Shown here piece by piece: positions 38,056-50,516 of a DNA stretch of 64,000 bases. The stretch's first letter is position 1. Each line of letters begins with the position of its first letter. This DNA is from Octopus sinensis (lineage: Eukaryota): the NCBI RefSeq assembly GCF_006345805.1, contig NC_042997.1:134292001-134356000 (forward strand). Direction: 5' to 3'. Under the pieces are notes generated by a model. The model had not been told where the DNA came from. It did not search any database and saw only the letters and a program-made list of their open reading frames with translations. A program made the position numbers and the translations under genes.

Positions 38056-38538
38056 GCTTCCGTTCACGTTGTATTGTTCCACTTCTTCTGCTTCGTATCG
38101 TTCGTGCCATCGGCATCAATTCCTGTCCAATGCAAAATACCAACCAATTTGAAAATCCTGTATGAGAATATTGCCGATATGCCACAAATAGGAAGTGACC
38201 AGCTCGCAGTAACCGATGAGGATAAAGCTTGCCCAAAATCTTTATTCTTTACTGATATCCGTAAGCGTTCTACCTGCCCTTGGTATCTTAAATTGGTCCA
38301 CGATTCATTAGTTTATCCTCCGTTACGTATGGAAGCTGTATGTCGCTGTCTAGACTGTCTAGACTCTGACAGCAACCATCTATGTGTAACTGTATACACA
38401 AAAACGACTGTCCTCAAACGTACAGGTGAATGCGTTGATGGAGAATATGTGTATAAACCAAGTGTGATTGAGATAGCTACAGCCTGCGTCTGTGCACGAA
38501 AGATCGATGTGCAGCAGAGAGATAATGCAAATCATTAG
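38056..38538 (+). CDS. IL17: IL-17-like cytokine A, main coding exon
   Basis: Acceptor TTTTGTTTCTCACAG| (phase 0). IL-17 signature: RSTCPW..D..YPP..EAVCRC..C..C..VLKR..C..Y..ACVCAR. Confidence 0.92.
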   Translation, partial: ASVHVVLFHFFCFVSFVPSASIPVQCKIPTNLKILYENIADMPQIGSDQLAVTDEDKACPKSLFFTDIRKRSTCPWYLKLVHDSLVYPPLRMEAVCRCLDCLDSDSNHLCVTVYTKTTVLKRTGECVDGEYVYKPSVIEIATACVCARKIDVQQRDNANH

Positions 38539-38571
38539 TCGTAAAAATCAGCTAAATACGAAATTATTCAA

Positions 38572-38631
38572 TGCGTGTAACGCAAATGTTATTCATATGA
38601 AATTAAAGTTGACCACCGTGTGGTTATTATA
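38572..38631 (+). promoter_or_regulatory. Conserved twin stem-loop in the IL-17A 3' UTR (second is CDE-like)
   Basis: TGCGT-GTA-ACGCA (38572-38584), then GTTATTCATATGA, then TGACCAC-CGT-GTGGTTA. It is shared with gene B. Confidence 0.65.
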
Positions 38632-38670
38632 GTTTACCTGCGCGCGCAAAGACAAATACATACACATATT

Positions 38671-38744
<74 letters not shown>

Positions 38745-39110
38745 AAGCCAATTGTTTTTTTTGTATGTGTGTGTATTTCAAACTTTATATAGACGTACAA
38801 TTTTATAATTTTTTGTCTTATTTAAATGCATATTTAAATAAATACACACACACACACACACGCACACGCACACGCACACACACACACACACGCACACGCA
38901 CACACACACACACACACACCACACACACACACACTCACACACACTCACATTTATACCTCAGGCTTATTTCAGTTTCTGTCAATCAAATTCATTCACAGTT
39001 TTAATCAGCCTGAGGTTATAACAGAAGGCACATGCCCAAAGTGTCTCAAACCATATAGGTCCGAAGCAATCTTCTTAACAACATATGTATGTACATATAT
39101 ATATATATAT

Positions 39111-39882
39111 CAGAGACATTCTATTTGCTGACGATGCTGCTAATGGACCGCTTCTCCCAGGCCTGCAATGACTTTGGGTTGAGCATCAGCCCGAAGAAGA
39201 CAACCGTCCTGGTGCAAGGCACATCAGTAGAACCAGCCGTCACCATCGATGACTACGAACTTGAAGTTCATCAGTTTACATACCTTGGGTCCACCATCAC
39301 GCCCGTCAGGAAAAAAAGCTGAATAGCTTTCATCTCGGAAGCCTACGACGCATACTCAGCATCACCGAAGTCCTGACTCGTTCTGGTCTCCCTTCCATGC
39401 ACACCTTGCTGAGGCAACGTCCATTACGTTGGCTAGGCCACGTTCGCCGTATGGAGGACGGCCAAATCCCAAAAGACATTCTCTACGGAGAACTCGCTGC
39501 AGGGCAGAGAAACAAGGGCCGCTCGCAGCTGAGGTACAAGAACGTGTGCATGAGTGACATGGAGGCGCTCAACGTCGACATCAACTCCTGTGAGGTCCTG
39601 ACAGCGGACTGCACCTGGTGGAAAAGCACACTTCTCACACAACTATGGATCGGTAAAGAGAAGCTGTCAGTTGCAGCTGCAGAAAAGCGAGCATGACATA
39701 AGGGATCGACAGCCGACAGACCAGAATCCACACACAGATGCGATCTATGCGACCGAGACTGTTATTCTCGCATTGGTCTCCATAACCACAGGAGGCGCTA
39801 CTCAAGCCGAGCAGCCCAACCTAGTCAATAAATGGACGGACGTGGTACCCATAGTCAGCTATGACCGAACGTGGCCCAAAGC
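39111..39882 (+). mobile_element. RTE-BovB-clade LINE 3' fragment with an internal deletion
   Basis: LFADDAA, FGLSISPKKT, FTYLGSTI, LRWLGHVRRMEDG.IPKDILYGEL, C..C.RDC.SRIGL.NH.R. Confidence 0.85.
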
Positions 39883-39898
39883 TATATACGTGTTTGTG

Positions 39899-39930
<32 letters not shown>

Positions 39931-40350
39931 CTGAGGGAATGTATATATTTTTTACTCTCTCCTCCTCTCTCTTGATCCCTCTCTGCGCGCGCATGTATGT
40001 ATGTATGTATACATGCATATCTCAGTAAACAAATGTATTTTTATAAAATGCAACAACATATACTTTTATATACATTGCTTATTCATAAAATATTCTATGC
40101 ATCAAAGGTTAATGGGGTTTTTTATGGTGTATATTCTTTATTCTTTTATTCCTTTACTTGTTTCAGTAATTTTGATTGTGGCCATTCTGGAGCACCGCCT
40201 TTAGTCTAGCAAATCGACCCCGGGACTTATTCTTTGTAAGCGTCGTACTTATTTTATCGGTCTGTTTTGCCGAATCGCTAAGTTACGAGGACGTAAATGC
40301 ACCAGCATCGGTTGTCAACCGATGCTGGGGAGACAACCACAGACACACGA

Positions 40351-40405
<55 letters not shown>

Positions 40406-41539
40406 TACAACGGGGTACCAAAACCACTCACAAGGCTTTAGTCGGCCCGAAGTTATAGTAGAAGACTCTTGCCCAAGGTGCCACGATGTGAGACTGAACC
40501 CGGAACCATGTGATTGGTAAGCAAGCTACTTACCACACAGCCACTCCAGGCAGAATAGTTAGCACGACAGGCAAAATTCTAACAGCATTTTGTCCGTCAT
40601 TACGTTCCGAGTTCAAATTTAGCCGAAGTCGACTTCGACTTTCATCCTTCGGGGTCCATAAAGTATATCTGTCGATGTAATAAAGTATATCTGTCGATGT
40701 AATCAAATTCCTCTCTCTTTCGAACTGGCTGGGCTTGTGCCAAAATTTGAAACCAATAATAACTGCATATATTTATAAATACATCTACAACAAATTTGCA
40801 TGCAAACATTTATATAAATCATATAGGCATAAAATATACAATACAATAAAGTTAATGAATTTTTTTTCAATATACATATATATTTAATTTATATATAATA
40901 CCTGCATATATTTATAAATACATATATATATATAAATTTGCATGCAACTATTTATATAAATCATATAGGTATAAAATTTATAATACAATAAAGTTAATGG
41001 ATTTTTTAAATATACATATATATCTAATTTATATAATAATAATGAATGTATATATTTGAATGTATTTTTATAATAATTTCTCCCCGACACTCATTTGTAA
41101 GAATTTTGTAAATATATTTTTTCATTACATATATCTTTCATATATGTTATTATGCAAGTAACACGCGACAAATTACTATATACCAGTTTGATTTGTAGCA
41201 AATGTATGTTACTTTCAAAACAAATAAAATGACTGGTCTTCCTTCGAAAAAAGAAACAAAAAAACAAAATAAAATCTATTACAATTACAAATGCTTTTCC
41301 TAGTTATTTTTTGTTTTATGTTTCCGTATTTATTGAAAGCGTAACTGAATGAAATACTGGGAAACAGCATGTAACGTTCAAAACATTTTCCAGTATTGTG
41401 TTGCGCTCTTTGAAATATCATTTTCTTACTGTTAATGAGTTTAGCTGTTAATAGGTAGGATTGTTTCTGAGAATATTGCCAGTATTATGTGCCGATATAA
41501 GTCATCTAACTAATGATGTGTGAATGAATATATATATAT

Positions 41540-41940
41540 ATATATATAACTCCACTACCGATGATGCCCCCTACCTGAGCATTAACGTCACCAAGACTAA
41601 CAACAGCGGAAGTAGCAGCGTCAGCATAAACAAGGGGAGTATCGCCGGCAGCAACATTCGAAGATACAGCAAATGTTCCAGAAACAACTTCAAGCAGCGC
41701 CTCTCCAACCACACATCCTGGTTTAGTATCCTTGAGATATGATATGCTACATCCTTGGCCAGCCACTTGTGGTAAATGAACGATGAAAGGACTCCACACG
41801 TAATCTCATTGAAGATCTTATAAAAACCGGGCCATTACATCAACGGACGCAAGCGTTACAAACCGTATAAAGCTGAACGGGCGAGGATATTAAAGAACTC
41901 GTTTGACCAGGTTAACACCTTAAATTCCAGGACACTTCGG
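41540..41940 (+). mobile_element. Decayed PLE GIY-YIG fragment
   Basis: FKQRLSNHTS.F..YATSLASHLW..ISLKI..Y.NG.KR..ERARI..LNSR, with stop codons. Confidence 0.55.
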
Positions 41941-43399
41941 TCGATTCCTGTTGAAATCCTAGGATGCGCAAGCTGATTGGATGGATTTCGGATAGCGATT
42001 TAAGGGAGACAGCCCCCTGCACTTGTCCCTTCTCTTTTGTTTGTATGTTCAACACCTAATCATGAGGTTTTTTATGCCTCCACTTTGAAGAGAGGTAATA
42101 GGACACAGGTCACGAGACGTTTTAAATCCAAGCGTTTTGTGAACGCGAAGCCCTGGGTAACCTCATAGACCGACCATAACTACCTTTATCGAAATACTCC
42201 GCTACTCTATAACTTGAGCAGTTGTGTAGAGGAGTGGCAAAGGCGACAATTGTGAAGCTGGGGCGCGCACGCGTGCATGTGACAGTGTGCTTGTGTGTGT
42301 GTGTACAAACAATCACACTAACATATACTTGTATAGGAACATATATAATAGGAATATGTATATATACACGTATAACTGGGAGATATGTGGAATATGTATA
42401 TATATGCATAAATATTTGGAACATATACGGGCATAGACGAGTTGGTGGTTATATCCATTGAGCAATGCTTCAACATTTCGATGGGAAAACAAAAGTATAA
42501 ACATATACTAAACACAGTACATGAAAATAGCCATTTGGTAAATGTGATACATCTTCTCGGAGCAGAGACGATCTTAAATCGAGGATTTTATCATGTATAT
42601 TTAATATATTTGCATTTATTTTTCAAGCACATGCCAATGACCAATCTGAGTTATTTGTCTTGACTTATTTCGTTTAAATTACCTAAGCCATTAATGTGCT
42701 TTTCTCTCTTTTTTTATATGTCAAAATCCCTTAGCTGCTAAAGATAATTTAGGACAATTGTCTTGGTGATGACGCTTGTTGAGTAAGAAGCACGGGTCCT
42801 CATATTTTTAAACAATAATCCTGTCGTTTTCGTAAATGATATGTCACCTTCGGATAAGGCGGCGAGCTGGCAGAAACGTTAGCACGCCGGGCGAAATGCT
42901 TAGCCGTATTTCGTCTGCCGTTACGTTCTGAGTTCAAATTCCGCCGAGGTCGACTTTGCTTTCATCCTTTTGAGGTCGATTAAATAAGTACCAGTTACGC
43001 ACTGGGGTCGATATAATCGACTTAATCCGTTTGTCTGTCCTTGTTTGTTCTTTCCGTGTTTAGACACTTGTGGGTAGTAAAGAAATAGGAATGCCACCTT
43101 CGGAGAATACTTGATTCTTGAGTTTGTGTCCCCTCATATAGAGCTAGAATTTCAATTGATATTTGGTTATAGTGACATATCCCGTAGATATGGAGATGAT
43201 TTTAATAAATCAAGAATTTATGTTCTATGCTATTTGTCTATATTGTTCAAACACATGCTCACGCTACTAGACACCCTGATTTGTTTATTTCTGCTCATTT
43301 TTGTTTAAAACATTATAATGATCTGGTTCTAATCAACTGATATATCTCGTTTAAACTGCAAAAATGATCAAAGCATACAGTCCAAATTAAGTAATGGGG

Positions 43400-43995
43400 G
43401 TAAAATCAAAACACATGCATGCTAATATGCATCACAATCCCCTCTGGACCAATTTTGGCTCGAAATGAAATGGGAAAACCGTCAAAATACAAGGATCTTG
43501 AATTCAAGTTACTTAAAGTGCGGGGAATAAAAGTGAAAGTGAAAGTGAAAATGAAAGTGTTAAATGTGATACATGAACAAAATGATAGAAGCCATACTAC
43601 GACTCAAATACAGTAATAAAATACATTGAGATAAACTTTCATTGAGTTTGATTTCAAGAGATTTTTGAGGTGCTTCAGATACGCAGCGATGATCTCATCT
43701 TTCATTTCTCTGCGCAAGTTGTTGTCCAGCTCCAAGATCCCGAGACACGTGCTCCCACCAGCACCCATGATCTCTATTTACTCTCCGTTTGGCAGTCCTA
43801 TGCTCCTGCAATCTGCTCATTTCTCACGATTTGAAGTGAGAAGCGTACAGTTTGAGATACCGAATTCCATCCCAATATAATTGCTGCACAACTGTACAGT
43901 CTCAACCAGTCTCGCCGTTTCAGTTAGATTTTGTGAACAGTTTTAAGTCGCCGAAAAAGAGAATTTGGTTGAGACGAGGTCCATTCTTCTTCAGA
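43400..43995. mobile_element. Old R4/Dong-like fragments (endonuclease piece on +, RT piece on -)
   Basis: ITIPS..EMGKPSKYKDLE on +; LNQILFFGDLKLF..IGMEFGISNC..LGILELD..EMKDEI on -. Confidence 0.55.
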
Positions 43996-44682
43996 TCATA
44001 GTGTGCGTTGACTTTATGTAGAATTACGCAAAGAAGGAATCTAGGCTATAACAAATTGCAAAGGTAAACAAGAATTTCACTGTAAGAAAACGTTTTTAAT
44101 TGTTACCTCGGTTGTGAGCTGGTTGCTAAACTAAGCATGCTGTTTTTGATTAGTGTAAGCACATTTCGCAGCTACTCCACTCGTGTCAAGTGTTTTCAGA
44201 ACAAATTATAACAAAATCTTTATTATAAACAAAATCTTTATTATAAATAAAAAGATATAAAATAAATAAAAAGATATAAAATAAAAAGAAAAATAATATA
44301 AAAAATATATAAGAAATTATAAAAGTATATATGTTTAGAAAAAATTACCAGATCTTTATCTTAAATAAAGAGATAAAAATAAAAATAAATATATCACAAT
44401 TTAATATGAATAAAGCTTAAAAGTGAAAAAAGGTTTTACAGTTGTTTGTAAGGTATACAATAAAAATACATAAAGATAAAAAGTAATAATAGATCTTAGA
44501 TAGATGTATTTTGTACTTTGGAGGCGTGGTGTTATATATAAAGCCGTTGGCTAGAATTTGATGTTTGTTCTCTGATCAATGTTTTTTTTTTATCTCTGTC
44601 TCAATTACATTTGAGTACTTCTTTTTTGCACTCTTCTAAAGCCTTTTGCCTCCATAAAAAGAGGCAAACATTATTTTTTGTC

Positions 44683-44726
<44 letters not shown>

Positions 44727-45131
44727 GACGGTCTTCTTTCAGTTTCCGTCTAACAAATCCTCACAAGGCTTTGGTCGGCCCGAGGCTATAGTAGAAGAAA
44801 TTTATCCAAGGTGCTACGCAGCAAGACTGAACCCGGAACCATGTGGTTGGGGAGCAAGATTCTTACCACACAGCCAACCTGTGCCCATATATATTTAATT
44901 TGTAAAAATATGAAGATATACAATGTTCGCAGTTTTAAGTATAATGTATAGGTTTCAATTATGTTCAAATATCACTTGTTGTATGGAATATACTTGAGGT
45001 ATTAATGTTGTTAATAGTTTAAAAAGATATAAATGCATTCACTTGTTAAGTTATAAAACGTATTAGTCATAAAATATATAAATGTTTTCCAAACCAAATA
45101 TAAAAACGAAATATATTGATATTATGCAAAT

Positions 45132-45197
45132 TATAATAACCACACGGTGGTCAACATAACGTTCCAAATCATGTGAATAACTTTTGTGCTACGCACA
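45132..45197 (-). promoter_or_regulatory. Conserved twin stem-loop in the IL-17B 3' UTR
   Basis: The minus strand reads TGTGC-GTA-GCACA, GTTATTCACATGA, then GTTGACCACCGTGTGGTTATTATA (24/24 identical to gene A). Confidence 0.65.
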
Positions 45198-45223
45198 GGT
45201 TACAAATTGTGAGTTCATTGTTA

Positions 45224-45748
45224 TTACGACTCATACTCGTGATTATTTTTACTGAGAATTACATCTATCTTCCGTGCACACACGCAGGCTGATGCTGTAT
45301 CAATCACGTGTGGTTTATATACATACAGTCCATCAATGCATTCATCTGTACGTTTGAGGAAAGTGGATTTAGTATATACAGTCGTACATTGGTAATTTTT
45401 GTTAGAGTTCAGACAGTCTTTACAGCGACAGACTACGTCTGTACGTGATGGCGGGAAAAGTGTTGAATCATAGGTAGTGCGCAGGTACCAAGGGCAAGTT
45501 GAACGGTTACGGATGTCCTCAGAAGGTTCATAATATTTTGGGCAGCTTTTATCACCATCAGTCCGTGTTGCCCAATTACTTTCGGTTGGAGCCTTCTCAG
45601 CCGATAGAAAAAAATTATTGCCATTGGCTGCGCTGGACAGATTCTCATAGCGAACTTCTAATTTTTTTGGTATTTTACACAGGGTCGGAATTGCCGCCGA
45701 ATATACAATCCAGATGCAGTTGAAGGAGGTTAAAACCTTGGAGAGAAC
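45224..45748 (-). CDS. IL17: IL-17-like cytokine B, main coding exon
   Basis: Acceptor TTCTCTCTTACAG| (phase 0), then VLSKVLTSFNCIWIVYSAAIP..RSTCPW..VCRCKDC..C..FLKR.DEC..ACVCARKID. It is a clear paralogue of gene A. Confidence 0.92.
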   Translation of the reverse strand, partial: VLSKVLTSFNCIWIVYSAAIPTLCKIPKKLEVRYENLSSAANGNNFFLSAEKAPTESNWATRTDGDKSCPKYYEPSEDIRNRSTCPWYLRTTYDSTLFPPSRTDVVCRCKDCLNSNKNYQCTTVYTKSTFLKRTDECIDGLYVYKPHVIDTASACVCARKIDVILSKNNHEYES

Positions 45749-46364
45749 CTGTAAGAGAGAACATATTCTCGTCAAGTGTTGCATGTACTTTACTTTTCAT
45801 ATAATTTATCAGAATGAACAATTGTAAGAAGAATTATTGCTTTGACAGTGACATGAATGTATGAGAATTAATGTTAATAATTTATGATTACAGCGTTTCA
45901 ATGGGGGTTAAAGAACAAAACCAAATAATGTTAAAAACAAAAGGTACTTCAGCAGTTTATGATTTATATTTATTATTGCTTTAAGCGACAAAGCAACTGC
46001 AGCAGTCGACAGTGAAAGAAAGTGAGAAGTAGAAAAGAGATGAAAAATTCGGTAAGAAATTAGAGAAAATAGATAACAGCTTGACTTCCGAACCAGCAAT
46101 TGTAGTTAGTCAAAATGTATGTGTGCCAGAAGCATGAGAACGTTGCTTATACATGTATACATACATATATACATACATACTTGTATACCCAGATACACAC
46201 CATGTATAAATGTTATATAAATATATATAATTTAAAAATAGGATAAAATCTTTATAAGAATTTATCAAGTCGTTAGCGTGAAAAACCTCATAAGGGAAAA
46301 ACTCCACCAATTTTTTCACTAAAACGATAAAAATTACTAAAGTTGATTTCTCAGCCACACTTAC

Positions 46365-46427
46365 CACATGTAATACAACTGTATACACAGTTACAATATA
46401 CTTAATGTAGTCATAAGCAAAAAACAT
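46365..46427 (-). CDS. IL17: IL-17-like gene B, putative exon 1 (MFFAYDYIKYIVTVYTVVLHV)
   Basis: ATG to GTG|GTAAGT is a phase-0 donor that matches the exon 2 phase. It gives an unusually long leader, so the call is tentative. Confidence 0.45.
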
Positions 46428-46567
46428 AAAAATAATAATTTATACATTATTAGTGCAATGATGGGAGACAACATAAAATTTAATTTTAAGAAACTATCCC
46501 AAATTTATGAGAGGTATTGGGATCTAGATGATCTAAGGAATGGTATCTAGAAGTCGCATCTCATATC

Positions 46568-46620
46568 GTCTCTGATGAAGGAAGGGATATCCATTAATAT
46601 CCCACTAGCAGTTGTAAGGC
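46568..46620 (+). ncRNA. Decayed HHR (core intact, GAAA lost)
   Basis: GTCT-CTGATGA-aggaa-GGGATATccattaATATCCC-actag-CAGTTG-TA-AGGC. Confidence 0.5.
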
Positions 46621-46794
46621 TATGTCTATGTCAGTATCTTTTTCCTCATAGCCTTGTCTTTGTTATCTCATTTTATCTAATGTATATATATATATGTGTG
46701 TGTGTGTGTATGTGTGTGTGTGTATATGTATGTACGTATATACATATATATATATATATGTGTATATATATGTGTGTATATATGTGTAGATTCT

Positions 46795-48000
46795 GCGACA
46801 CTATGACTGGGTACTGAAGCAATTAATGAACTGCTCAAAAGTGGATGTAGTATACCTCGACTTTGCGAAGGCATTTGACAAGGTTGACCATGCAATGATA
46901 TGCCACAACATACGGAGACTCGCCATCACAGATAAAGTCGGAGAGTGGCTGCATGATTTCCTAAAGGACAGGAGCCAAACTGTAGAAGCCAACGGAGCTC
47001 TCTCCACTGAGACACCAATAGTGAGTGGAGTGCCCCGGGCGCTGTGCTGGGACCACTGCTTTTCATGGTAGCCCTATCGGATATGCCATCAGTGACAAAA
47101 ACAGTCATGTTTACAAGCTATACTGACTACACAAAAGTCGCGCAGTCAGTCAAGGAAACCTCTGATATTACGCTCTTACATAAAGATCTAGATGCCATTT
47201 ATACATGGGCTGAGGATAACAACATGCAAATTAAAGCAAGTAAATTCCAGGCCCTCCGCTACCAGTTAAGCACTGCTCAGGAATCACGACATCAGTACGT
47301 TGGACCAAGTGGAGCAACGATTCCAGAAGCAAAAACGGTGCGTGATCTTGGAATAGAAATGAGGAACAATGCCTCATTTCACACACATATCATCAAAATG
47401 GTAGCAGTATCCAGAAGACTGGCTCGTTGGATCCTGAGAACCTTCCGGACAAGGGACCAAGAAACTATGATGACACTATGGAAGTCATTTATCCTCAGCA
47501 GCCTGGGCTTCTGCTCTCAGCTATGGTCACCTTATACTACAAGGACAATAGCAGAGCTTGAAACAGTCCAACGACATTACACAAAGAAAGTTGCATCAAT
47601 GGAACGATTGAGTTACTGGAACGATTGAGAGCTGTGACTCTATTCCCTGGAACGAAGACGGGAGAGGTATGCAGTGATATATATATGAAAGTTACTGGAA
47701 GCACTGGTACCAAACTTTGGAATAAAGAGCTATACCAGACCACGAACAGGACATCACTGTGCTGTTCCCATTGTACCGACTGCTTCATCTCGAGCAAGGA
47801 CGATGTACTGCAATAGCTTGGGTTTCAAGGGCCCACAGCTGTTTAACTGTCGGCCGAAGCATCTGAGGAGCCTCCATGGAGTGGATGTAGACGTTTTTAA
47901 ACGTGAACTTGACCTCTGGCTCGCCGAGATCCCGGATGAGCCAATATCTGAGCAAGAAACTCAAAAGAGGGGAGTAGCATCGAACTCCATCCTTCACTAG
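46795..48000 (+). mobile_element. Older CR1-clade LINE RT fragment
   Basis: YLDFAKAFDKVDH, SGVP, GPLLF, WAEDNNMQ, RDLGI, LWSP, ERRRER, NSLGFKGPQLFN, with stops and frameshifts. Confidence 0.88.
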
Positions 48001-48125
48001 AAGCCGGTCCGACAAAAGTGGAAAGTGGAAAGAAGATCACAATGGCGATGCTCCAGCATGGCCACAGTCATTGGACTGAAACATATGAGAAAAAATAAGA
48101 GAGAAAATATATAATTGCATACATG

Positions 48126-48159
<34 letters not shown>

Positions 48160-48163
<4 letters not shown>

Positions 48164-48706
48164 GCGTGTGTCCGCGTGTCTGCGTGTATGTCCCCACCAC
48201 TGCTTGAGAACCAGTGTTGGTGTGTATACTTCAACGTAAATTGGGGGTTTGAGAAAACCCGATAGAATAAGTATCAGGCTTAAGAGAGGGAAACATAATG
48301 AAGTCGATTCATTCGACTAAAATTCTTGGAGGTGGTACCAAATCGTTGTCGCAGTCAAATGGCTGAAACAAGTAAAAGAATACAAGAATATTACTTTAGT
48401 AATAATCGTTAAACTTATTGTCGAATTGGAAATGAAATAATTAACGTGCAATAAGGCATTTTACTGTAGAAACTTGAATTTGATGGTTTCACAGTGTGAT
48501 ATGGTTAGCGAGATACACTATTTCTCTAAGGTCTAATTTTATATAGTTACCACAAATAGGGATTACCAGGTTAAATTACTCATAATATGAAAAAAAAACT
48601 GTGTGAAAACTTGTTAATATGAAAAGTAAACCGGAAATGAAACAACGGAAAACATTTCTGTTGACTTATATAATCTATTAATAATATATCACTCACTCAC
48701 TCACTC
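48160..48706 (+). repeat. Duplicated non-coding module, copy 1 (others at 50560-51500 and 59090-60170)
   Basis: Shared colinear blocks such as GAAATAATTAACGTG, GTAGAAAC.TGA.TTT.AT.GTTTCAC, TTCTCTAAGGTCTA and AATTACTCATAA, each followed by (CACT)n. Confidence 0.85.
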
Positions 48707-49382
48707 AGATTACATGGTTTCATAATCTACTTAGACACAAGAGTAGCAGAGTTACACAAATTATCATATTTTTTCTTTAAATATGGCACCAGTCTAAAAC
48801 CGATTGTGTGTATATGATATATTTTCAATGTATTTCTTATTTCTTATACGTATTATGGTCGCTGGGAGGTGGAAAGGAAGTTGAAGCCACTTATTCATTG
48901 CTATGTAAATGGCAACTTGTATTCTGCAAACAGCATAATTAAAATATGTTCAACATATTAAATAATAGCATTCAGACAATCTCATAGGCAAGGGGAAAAA
49001 AGCAAGTTAAAAATAACTAGCTTCAACTCAATGACTAATTTCGACAGTTACAATAGAAGTACACATTACACAATGCTGGCCGCAGTAACAATTTTGTTCT
49101 GGTTTAGATACAAATTGAGTAGTGTTGAGTGAAGTGGGTTAGTCGATGTTGTTGACATTCAGTACGTAAGTGCTAATTTATTTTATCGACGCGGTGTTTG
49201 AAATTAGAACATAGGTTCTGCTATTTCACCGGCTTCTGATTCAAGATTGAAACTAGTCATACATACGTACAATATCGAATTTGAGCAAGTGTGAAATACT
49301 AACATTACATATAAGAGAATAAAAAATATAAAAAAAATAAAACGATAAAAACTACTAAAGTTGATTTCTCAGCCACACTGAT

Positions 49383-49445
49383 CACATATAAAAGAACAAT
49401 ATACACAGCTACAATTTACCTAATGTAGTCATCAGCACATAACAT
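49383..49445 (-). pseudogene. Dead duplicate of the IL-17B putative exon 1
   Basis: MLCADDYIR*IVAVYIVLLYV, with TAA at 49416-49418 and the donor changed from GTAAGT to ATCAGT. Confidence 0.55.
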
Positions 49446-49524
49446 ATAGAGAATAATTTGTACAATATTAGTGCAATGAAGGGAGACAATATAACATTTA
49501 ATTGTAAAGATCTATCCCAAATTT

Positions 49525-50060
49525 CCCATCCTTCGTAGAACATATTTTATTCATATCCGGTATCTTTGTGATGTTTCAGTTATTTAACTCTGGCTATGCT
49601 GGGGCGCCGCCTTGAATAGTTTCGAGTGGAACTTGCTAAGAAGCTTGCTTTCCAACCACATGGTTCCGGGTTCAGTCCCACTACGTGGTACCTTATGCGT
49701 CTGTCCTCTACAAGAGTCTCCAGCCGACCGAATTGTTGTGAGTGGATTTGTTAGGCGGAAACTGAAAGGAGCTTGTCGTATATATGTATATACTGACAGA
49801 GAATTAAGTCCGGAATCAGCCGAATCAAGTGGTCCCCACTGATAGGGTAACGGAATTGGCTGGTGTGTTCGGGCGATTACAATCCCTCTCAGTACATACG
49901 TATACTATTATGTGCTTTAACTACACAACATTAGTGCTTTTTAACATTTATTACTAGCAATGTAGGTGTTCTAATACCCTAGTCATATTTAGTGACAACT
50001 ATAGTTTACCTTTTTGCAACACATAGCACACGGCTGTCTATATTAATTATGATATATATA
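49525..50060 (+). repeat. ~535-bp block duplicated at 51755-52265
   Basis: A SINE fragment plus the unique tail GAATCAGCCGAATCAAGTGGTCCC..GGCGATTACAATCCCTCTCAGTACATACG occur in both copies. Confidence 0.85.
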
Positions 50061-50122
50061 TATGAAAGGGATTGGGATCTAGAAGATCCAAAGTTTGGTA
50101 TCTAGAACACCCATCTCACATC

Positions 50123-50170
50123 GTCTCTGAAAAAGGGATATCCATAGTATCCCAGAAACAATTGTAAGTC
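50123..50170 (+). ncRNA. Decayed HHR (GAAA and helix III intact, core mutated)
   Basis: GTCT-CTGAAAA-a-GGGATAtccatagTATCCC-a-GAAA-CAATTG-TA-AGTC; paralogue of 46568-46620. Confidence 0.55.
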
Positions 50171-50247
50171 TATATCTATATCTTTTTTTTCCATACAAAT
50201 GTCCTGAAACTCCTCATAGCCTTGGCTTCACTATTTCATTTTGTCTA

Positions 50248-50352
<105 letters not shown>

Positions 50353-50433
50353 TATATACATATATTTGTGTATGTATGCATGTACATATATATATATATA
50401 TATCTATATGTCTGTGTGTGTATACATATATAT

Positions 50434-50516
<83 letters not shown>

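Noticed and set aside
45752-45784. ORF-track start MQHLTRICSLLQ for IL-17B (and the TTG start at 38074 for IL-17A)
   Set aside because: These lie in or just after polypyrimidine/AG acceptors; the real starts are probably in upstream exons.
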